Of a stretch of 64,000 nt of DNA, positions 57,608 through 64,000 are shown in pieces. The DNA lies in the NCBI GenBank assembly GCA_051251855.1, contig JBPOGI010000006.1, positions 224,001-288,000 on the forward strand. The letters are read 5' to 3'. The notes beneath the pieces are model-generated. The model was not told where the DNA came from, ran no database searches, and worked only from the letters and a program-made list of their open reading frames with translations. This stretch comes from Roseibacillus sp. Its GTDB lineage: Bacteria > Verrucomicrobiota > Verrucomicrobiia > Verrucomicrobiales > Akkermansiaceae. The first letter of the stretch is position 1; every line of letters begins with the position of its first letter. Position numbers and translations under genes: made by a program.

Positions 57608-58585
57608 ATGAGGCTCTTCTCGCAAATAAAGATCGTCTTCCCGTTGGGTGTCTTGGCAATGGCGGCGAGTTGGGTGTTAGCGGATTTCGTGGCGCCCAAT
57701 GCGGATGCGCGGAAGGTGGCGGTGGGGTCATTGGCAGGGTTGGAAAAATCTTTGCAGCATGCCTTCACTGCTGGTGATGACTTTGAGGCGAAAAAAGAGC
57801 CTGAGTGGGCGGACTGGTTGGCGCAGCATGAGGAGGAGGGGCAGACGTTTTCGCAGTATTTGGCTTCGAAGCCAAATCGTCCAGGGGAAGGAGGGCGGAA
57901 TACTTTGTATGTTCTTCCGCTGGGTCGGTTTGAGAAAGAGACCTCACCTGACCTTCATGTTCTTCAGCGCTACATGGAGCTCTACTACACGCCCATGGTA
58001 GTTAAAGTTCTTCCCGCTATGCCTGATAAGAAAGTTCCCGCAGTGACTCGCGAGAACAGTTTGACCGGGAGTTTACAGTGGAATTCGGTCGAAATGCTTA
58101 AGTGGCTTCGGACACAGGTCCCTCGCGATGCCTATGGGGTGATCGCGATTACGATGACGGACCTCTATCCTGGTGAGGGATGGAACTTTGTCTTTGGGCA
58201 AGCGTCCTATAAGAGTCGCGTGGGAATTTTTAGTTTTGCTCGTTACCATCCCAAGCTGAGCTTCGAGGCTGTAGAGGGGGACGTGGATCAAATTGCGCTG
58301 CGGCGAGCGAGTCAGGTGCTGACTCATGAGATGGGACACATGTTTGGGATCAAGCATTGCATCCACTATGAGTGCAACATGAACGGAGCAAACTCGTTGC
58401 GAGAGTGTGACTCAACTCCGATGCACCTGTGCCCTGTTTGTTTGCGAAAGCTGCAGCGTGCGGTGGGTTTTGACCCGACTTCGCGCTATCAAGCTTTGCG
58501 CAAATTCTACCAGAAGAACGGGTTTGGTAAGGAGGCGAAGTGGACGGGGGAGCGTCTTAACTGGATTGAGGGTGGAGATTTATGA
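57608..58585 (+). CDS. Archaemetzincin (peptidase M54)
   Basis: DLYPGEGWNFVFGQA, HEMGHMFGIKHC, CNMNG and LCPVCLRKL motifs. Confidence 0.9.
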   Translation: MRLFSQIKIVFPLGVLAMAASWVLADFVAPNADARKVAVGSLAGLEKSLQHAFTAGDDFEAKKEPEWADWLAQHEEEGQTFSQYLASKPNRPGEGGRNTLYVLPLGRFEKETSPDLHVLQRYMELYYTPMVVKVLPAMPDKKVPAVTRENSLTGSLQWNSVEMLKWLRTQVPRDAYGVIAITMTDLYPGEGWNFVFGQASYKSRVGIFSFARYHPKLSFEAVEGDVDQIALRRASQVLTHEMGHMFGIKHCIHYECNMNGANSLRECDSTPMHLCPVCLRKLQRAVGFDPTSRYQALRKFYQKNGFGKEAKWTGERLNWIEGGDL

Positions 58586-60331
58586 TGCCTTCTTCTTGAT
58601 GACCAATAGGCGCACGTCGGCTACCATTTCCCCCGGAATGTCTTTGGCTTGGAGAGTCAGGGTGTCGGTGCCCTTTTTGAGTTTGAGGGTTCCAAGTGAG
58701 AGGGGTTTGAAGTCTTTGACATAGGATTCGCTTGTTCCTCGGGAACTGCGGTCGGACTCAGCGCCTCGAAGCTGTGGATCATGAGCGTGCTGAACCTTGG
58801 CGTTTACCTTAGATTTTCCCAAGGACATCTCAATAGTGGAGCCCACCGATTCCGAGGGGCAGGTGTAGTAGAGAATGGCCTCGTAATCGGCAGTCTCGTG
58901 GACCTCGACTTCCCAAGTGATTTTATCTTCGAGTGTCGTCCAGTTGGAGAAGAAGGAGCAGTTGGGAGCGCGAGCGCTGCGGATGATATTTCCGTGGGCC
59001 TTGCCATCGCGGGCAGGAAGGTTGGTCAACGTTGCGTGACCGATGCTGAAGGGCTTTGGAGGAGCATTACGTAATGCTGCCACCTCATTGAGATAGCTTG
59101 CGCCGACTTGATGAAGGTTGGCCGCAGTCTGGGGGTGATTGGGTGCAATATTTGTTCGTTGACCTAGGTCGTTGGTTAAATCGTAGAGTTCTCCGGAATG
59201 AAGGTAACGGTATTGTTGGTTCCGCACGCTCCACTTTTCTCTCTTTCCCTGTCCCCACACGGAAATCAAATTTCGGCTCGGCCAGTTGATTTTCTCCCCT
59301 CTTAGGAGAGGAGTGACATTGCGACCATCGATAGAGTTTACTGGTTGAAAATTGATGCCAGCAAGCTTGCTCAAGGTAGGCAGAAGGTCGATTGCCCCAG
59401 CGATTTGAGGGATAACTCGGCCGGCGGGAATGACGCCCGGATAGCGAATATGGCAGGGGACGCGCACACCTCCTTCGTCGACGCTGCCCTTGCGGCCTTT
59501 CATGTCGCCGTTCCATCGCCAGCCGTTGGGGCCGTTGTCGGAGAAGTAGATGACGATGGTTTCTTTGCTAAGGTCGAGGGTGTCGAGATGTTTGAGAACG
59601 CGTCCCACGTTCCAGTCGATATTTTCGACCATGGCGAGAGCCGCTTTGAGGTGGGCGGGCTCTTCTTTGTTGGGTTCGCGATGCTTCATGTGGAGGTCGC
59701 GCTGTGTGACACGGTCGAAAAATTCGTCGGGCACTTGCATGGGGGAATGTGGAGTGCAGTAGGGTAAATAGCAGAGAAAAGGCTTTTCCTTATTCTCACT
59801 GATGAAGTCCATGGCGGCAGTGGTGAGGTGGTCGATGATAAAGCCCTCCCCGCGGGTCACCTTGCCATTATGCTCTAGGAGGGAATCGAAGTAGTGACCC
59901 CAGTGGCCCGAGGTGAAGCCGAGGAATTCGTCGAAACCTTGGGAGTTGGGATGGTAGGGATGTTGGGAGCCGTTGTGCCATTTTCCAAATGCGCCGGTTG
60001 CATAACCAGCTTTTTGGAAGACCTCGGCAAGGGTGAGTTCGTCGGGATTCATACGCTCGAAGCCTTCTGAGACTCCGCTTACTCCGGTGCGGCAAAAGTA
60101 GCGTCCTGTTAGGAATTCCGCTCGGGTGGGTGCACAGACGGGGCACACAAAGAAGCGTTCGAAGGAGGCTCCGTCTGTGGCTAGGGAGTCAATGTGTGGG
60201 GTTGCGAGGTTGCTATTGCCGTGGAGGCTCAAGTCGCCCCAGCCTTGGTCATCTGCCAGGAAAATGATGATATTAGGTTGGCCCGAAAGAGCAGCGGTAA
60301 GAAAGAAAAGGGGAGTAAGAAGACGGAGCAT
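58580..60331 (-). CDS. Arylsulfatase (Cys-type) with C-terminal beta-sandwich domain
   Basis: PNIIIFLADDQG, CAPTR, GKWHNG and EGGVRVP motifs. Confidence 0.92.
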   Translation of the reverse strand: MLRLLTPLFFLTAALSGQPNIIIFLADDQGWGDLSLHGNSNLATPHIDSLATDGASFERFFVCPVCAPTRAEFLTGRYFCRTGVSGVSEGFERMNPDELTLAEVFQKAGYATGAFGKWHNGSQHPYHPNSQGFDEFLGFTSGHWGHYFDSLLEHNGKVTRGEGFIIDHLTTAAMDFISENKEKPFLCYLPYCTPHSPMQVPDEFFDRVTQRDLHMKHREPNKEEPAHLKAALAMVENIDWNVGRVLKHLDTLDLSKETIVIYFSDNGPNGWRWNGDMKGRKGSVDEGGVRVPCHIRYPGVIPAGRVIPQIAGAIDLLPTLSKLAGINFQPVNSIDGRNVTPLLRGEKINWPSRNLISVWGQGKREKWSVRNQQYRYLHSGELYDLTNDLGQRTNIAPNHPQTAANLHQVGASYLNEVAALRNAPPKPFSIGHATLTNLPARDGKAHGNIIRSARAPNCSFFSNWTTLEDKITWEVEVHETADYEAILYYTCPSESVGSTIEMSLGKSKVNAKVQHAHDPQLRGAESDRSSRGTSESYVKDFKPLSLGTLKLKKGTDTLTLQAKDIPGEMVADVRLLVIKKKAS

Positions 60332-60423
60332 TCTCAGGACTACGGGGTTGTTGAGAGGGAGTCTTTCGAGGATTTGCCGCAATAGGAGCAGGGGCTGAGG
60401 GGGATTTACTGATTTTAGAATGG

Positions 60424-61167
60424 ATGCAGGTGCTTTCTGACGACAACTTGAGTCTGGTGTTCGTTCTTATCTTCCTCTTTTTCTTTATCGCACTGCTTTA
60501 CTCGTCAGTGGGCTTTGGGGGTGGGTCATCGTACACGGCAGTGTTGGCTTGGCGGGGGGAGAGTCCTGAGGTCATTCGACTCATTTCACTCGCTTGTAAT
60601 TTGGTCGTGGTCGTCATCGGGGGATGGGCAAGCTTACGAGCTAGGCAGGTGAAGAAGGAACTCTTGCTGCCGTTGTTGGCGAGCTCGGTGCCTGGGGTTT
60701 GGGTGGGGGCTCATTGGAAGATTGCTGAGGGGTTCTTTTTTCAGATTCTAGGAGTGGCGTTGTTGGTCGCTGGGGTTTTGCTGTTCTTAAAAGTGAGCGA
60801 GCGTGAGGAAAGAAAGTTGGCTTTGACCGTCTTGCTCGGGATTGGGTTTTTCTTAGGTCTTTTGGCTGGGGTGACCGGAATTGGGGGAGGAATTTATTTG
60901 GTGCCGGTGTTGCATTTGCTCGGAGCGGGGAAGGCTCGCGAGGTGGCCGCGGTGGGGACTTGGTTTATTTTGGTCAACTCCGCGGTTGGGCTCTTGGTGC
61001 TGACTCCTTCAGCGGATTGGTCTCAGCCTGGCTGGTTGCCGCTGGTGGTGGCGGGTGGTGGTGTGATTGGAGCACGCCTTTTGCAAGGCGTCTTCGATGA
61101 GACGATGGTGCGTCGCTGGACGGGAGCACTCATTCTGGTGGTGGCCGGACGAGTGCTTTTTTTCTGA
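60424..61167 (+). CDS. Sulfite exporter TauE/SafE family
   Basis: LYSSVGFGGGSSY and LAGVTGIGGGIYL internal repeats; hydrophobic throughout. Confidence 0.9.
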   Translation: MQVLSDDNLSLVFVLIFLFFFIALLYSSVGFGGGSSYTAVLAWRGESPEVIRLISLACNLVVVVIGGWASLRARQVKKELLLPLLASSVPGVWVGAHWKIAEGFFFQILGVALLVAGVLLFLKVSEREERKLALTVLLGIGFFLGLLAGVTGIGGGIYLVPVLHLLGAGKAREVAAVGTWFILVNSAVGLLVLTPSADWSQPGWLPLVVAGGGVIGARLLQGVFDETMVRRWTGALILVVAGRVLFF

Positions 61168-61202
61168 TGATGCTCGAGGGGAGACTCTTTCCCAAAGAGC
61201 GC

Positions 61203-64000
61203 CTAGGAATTGAGCCACGAGCAGAGGGACTCCACGTGCTGGGCGGATCCGTCTCGCATCCAGCCATCGAGTTGGGCTGGGTCTTTGAGTTGTTGGCCGC
61301 GCAGACGGGAGACGGCGAAGTAGCCAACGTTTGCTTCTGGTAAAGTGGTAAGGTCGCCCCAGAGTTTTTCGAATTGGGTGACAGGGAAGACGTCTTCCTG
61401 ACCGTGGCCCCAGCGCTTTTTAACGTCTTTGAGGGTGATGTAGGTGGGGAGGCGTTGGGCGAGACGACGCAGAGCTCCTTGGATGAGCTCTTGTCGATCT
61501 TTGAGAATATCATCGCGGGTGAGGCCGATGAGGAATAGGAATTGGTCGATGTCGATCCAAGTGGTGAGGGTGTTGTAGTAGGTGAGGTTGAACTCGGCTT
61601 CGTCGTTGGGCATGGCGAGTCCTTCCACAAGCCGGGGAGCACCGTTGACGCGGGCGAGGCCACCTCCTCGGTCTTCGAGGCGACGATTGATGACTTCAAA
61701 AGTGAGGCCTTGTCCCGACTGGCGATGATGGCCGAGAAGAGTGGGGTCGAGGTTGGCTCCGAGGGTATCGATGTTGTGAAGAAGAAGAGTGCGGAGTTGG
61801 GGGCGTTCTTCTAACAGTTGTTTGAGGGTGCCGTTGAGAATGAGGTTGGGAATCTCGAAGTAGTGTCCAACGGGGTGGAGGCACTGGAGGGGAAGGTTGT
61901 CGGTATAGTCGGCGGCTTGTCCAGTAGTGCGTGCCCAATTGATGAGAGCGGAGCGCACAGACTCACGGACTTTTTCCTGCTGTTCATCAAGGCGTTGTTG
62001 GGCAACTTCTTCCCATGCGAAGCGTAGGTCGCGCTCGGTGGGAATCATGCGAAGCCCTACCGATTGGCCCTGTGAGAGGTGAAGGGAACCGGGGTATAGA
62101 TAGTTTTTAACGGACTCGAGAAAAGCGCGGGTGGGTTCGTGGGTGAGGAAGGAGGTGGTGAAGACGTGGGGCACTGCGGATCCAGCGGCTTGGGAGATGA
62201 GGCGAGATTTGGCGAGGTGGACTTCGAGAAAGGTTCTGAAGTTCCCGCTGAGAGGAGCGAAGGGGTTGAGGGCCTTGCAAGTGCCGGCACCACCGGTCCA
62301 GCGAGAGCCAGCTCCGGCTGCTAAAGTGACGACGGCAACTTCGCCATTACGCAGGGCAGCTTCCCCGATTTTACGAGCTTCGGTGCTCGGTGCGGTGGCG
62401 GTGTCGAGGATGTCTGCTGGTTCGACATCTTGGAGGTCGGTGTTGGAGGGAAGTCTGTTTTGGGACAGGCCAAAGCGCCCACTGAGAAGGTCTTCGCGGA
62501 TGGATTCGTGCAGCTTGTGGTCGAATCCGTTTTTGGTGAGAAGGTTGGTGAGGCTGCCTTCGCCTTGGCTGGTATCGGCTGCGTTCTTGGGGAGGACGCT
62601 ATCGAAGAGTTGATGAATCGAATTCTGGAAACGAGGGTGGTCGAGGGAGGCTGCGCGATAGGTCGCGAGGTCGGCGCGTTGGAGCTTAGTGAGTTGATTC
62701 TGGGGCTTGCTGAGAAGCTGGGGGATGTGGATTTGGTAATAGTCTGGGGGTAACAGGGACTGGGTGTCTTCTAACAGATTGGCGACGGTGCCGTGGGGGT
62801 TGATGGCGAAGTCGTAGACGACGGGGTCCATCGCAAAAGGGAGTGCCTTTTCGAGCCGCTGTTTCTCGGCAAGCATGAGCTCGGCGAGTTTGGCTTGAGC
62901 CTCGGCCTTGCGATGGGGGGCAAAGATGAATCCCATGCCGCCTCCTGACATGCCACCGAGCATCCAGAAACCCCAGAAGTCGTCGCCAAAGTGTTGAAAG
63001 GTGCGGGCGATGAGAGTCTCGGTGAAGAGGTTGGTTGCCCAAGGAATAATGGTTTGAAGAGGACCGTAGAAGTTCTTGGTGGTGGCAGTTCCGAGGGCTT
63101 TGATGTCGCCTTTTTTAAGGGCTTCGATGAGCTCCTCCAATAGGGCGAGGGCTTCTTGGCGGGCCTTCCATTCTTTGCTGGAACGGAGGAGGTATTTCTC
63201 ACTCACCATTTCCAAAATGGGCCCGACGTTTTGGGCCATACCGCCGTGAACAAGGACGAGGGAGTCTTGGAGAGCTTGGCGGGCACTTGCGGGGATTTCA
63301 TCTTCGCTAAAGACATGGTGAGTGGGCATGAGGCGACCGCGTGAGATGCCATACTCGGGGTCTTCGGGGCCGGCCTCTTCGCCGCTAATGAGTTTGATGC
63401 CAGGCCAGACGCCGCCGGAATCTTGCCAGCCGCCGCCGGAGCCGCCGATCCATTCGCCGAGGATGGCGCGGGCGAGGATAAGCCGGCGTTCGTTTTCTTG
63501 CAGAGGGCCGGTGAGAGATTGGGTCTGGCCCGTGGCGCGCATGAGGACGCCAATGAGGGCGGCGAGGAGGTTGGTGGAGACGGCGAGACGGGAACCCTTG
63601 GGGATATTGTTTACGGAGGAGACGAGTTCGATTCCTCGTCCGGGGCCGACGAGTTTTTCAAGGAGGTTGGAAAGTTTTTGGCCGGAGCCTTCGACGCCGG
63701 GAGGAACGATACCTGCGGCGATGACGGCAGCCTTGAGAAGTCCAAGGTAGTCTTTAGCAAAGTCAAAGACTTCTCCGAGGCTGTCGATGGTGGCGGTGGC
63801 TTTGAGATCGACAGAGGTGAGCCGAATGACGGGCTCGTCGATGACGCGGAGGTAGGCTTCGACAGGAGGAGCGGTTTTAGCATCGCGGCCGTGGACGCCG
63901 AGGTCGACGGAGACGTTGATGACTTTGGCGCCTTCAGGAAAATCCATTCCGAGAAAGAAAATGTCGGACCAAGCGCTATGGGTAAGGTCCATGCGTACGG
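61203..64000 (-). CDS. GHMP sugar kinase fused to a UTP--sugar-1-phosphate uridylyltransferase (5' end outside the window)
   Basis: GHMP-like IPKGSRLAVS, GSGGGWQD and MLGGMSGGG; UDPGP-like TLAAGAGSRW, HPVGH, HNIDTLGA and GGGL. Confidence 0.82.
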   Translation of the reverse strand, partial: VRMDLTHSAWSDIFFLGMDFPEGAKVINVSVDLGVHGRDAKTAPPVEAYLRVIDEPVIRLTSVDLKATATIDSLGEVFDFAKDYLGLLKAAVIAAGIVPPGVEGSGQKLSNLLEKLVGPGRGIELVSSVNNIPKGSRLAVSTNLLAALIGVLMRATGQTQSLTGPLQENERRLILARAILGEWIGGSGGGWQDSGGVWPGIKLISGEEAGPEDPEYGISRGRLMPTHHVFSEDEIPASARQALQDSLVLVHGGMAQNVGPILEMVSEKYLLRSSKEWKARQEALALLEELIEALKKGDIKALGTATTKNFYGPLQTIIPWATNLFTETLIARTFQHFGDDFWGFWMLGGMSGGGMGFIFAPHRKAEAQAKLAELMLAEKQRLEKALPFAMDPVVYDFAINPHGTVANLLEDTQSLLPPDYYQIHIPQLLSKPQNQLTKLQRADLATYRAASLDHPRFQNSIHQLFDSVLPKNAADTSQGEGSLTNLLTKNGFDHKLHESIREDLLSGRFGLSQNRLPSNTDLQDVEPADILDTATAPSTEARKIGEAALRNGEVAVVTLAAGAGSRWTGGAGTCKALNPFAPLSGNFRTFLEVHLAKSRLISQAAGSAVPHVFTTSFLTHEPTRAFLESVKNYLYPGSLHLSQGQSVGLRMIPTERDLRFAWEEVAQQRLDEQQEKVRESVRSALINWARTTGQAADYTDNLPLQCLHPVGHYFEIPNLILNGTLKQLLEERPQLRTLLLHNIDTLGANLDPTLLGHHRQSGQGLTFEVINRRLEDRGGGLARVNGAPRLVEGLAMPNDEAEFNLTYYNTLTTWIDIDQFLFLIGLTRDDILKDRQELIQGALRRLAQRLPTYITLKDVKKRWGHGQEDVFPVTQFEKLWGDLTTLPEANVGYFAVSRLRGQQLKDPAQLDGWMRDGSAQHVESLCSWLNS

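Overview
This 64 kb window most likely comes from a Verrucomicrobiota (PVC-group) chromosome, inferred from a PEP-CTERM protein, a DUF1552/DUF1592 pair, a PVC-type CxxCH protein and a Rhodopirellula/Verrucomicrobium-type ECF sigma factor. Most of it is polysaccharide and sulfate-ester catabolism: six Cys-type sulfatases, SGNH/SASA esterases, DUF1080 proteins, a beta-helix enzyme, TauE and large surface proteins. Four features stand out. (1) Two ORFs at 10045-10560 join in frame across a TGA into a secreted TlpA/thioredoxin-like protein with a UxxC motif and a SECIS-like hairpin, so it is a probable selenoprotein. (2) An accessory block at about 13.2-26.1 kb holds three unrelated cargo modules, separated by six same-orientation copies of a 25-bp motif and by shuffled non-coding duplications of 407 bp and 77 bp, with no recombinase in the window. 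(3) The cargo is a polyamine operon, a SIR2-STAND-TPR putative anti-phage gene, and a four-gene cassette: membrane diiron desaturase-like enzyme, EamA exporter, wHTH-like protein, and a secreted peptide built from 15-aa AAKGG repeats. Two of the cassette genes share a palindromic upstream site. (4) A roughly 250-bp MITE with IS4-like ends and target-site duplications carries an internal REP doublet. No rRNA, tRNA, CRISPR array, integrase or transposase was recognised. All protein calls come from motifs recognised by eye; no database searches were run.
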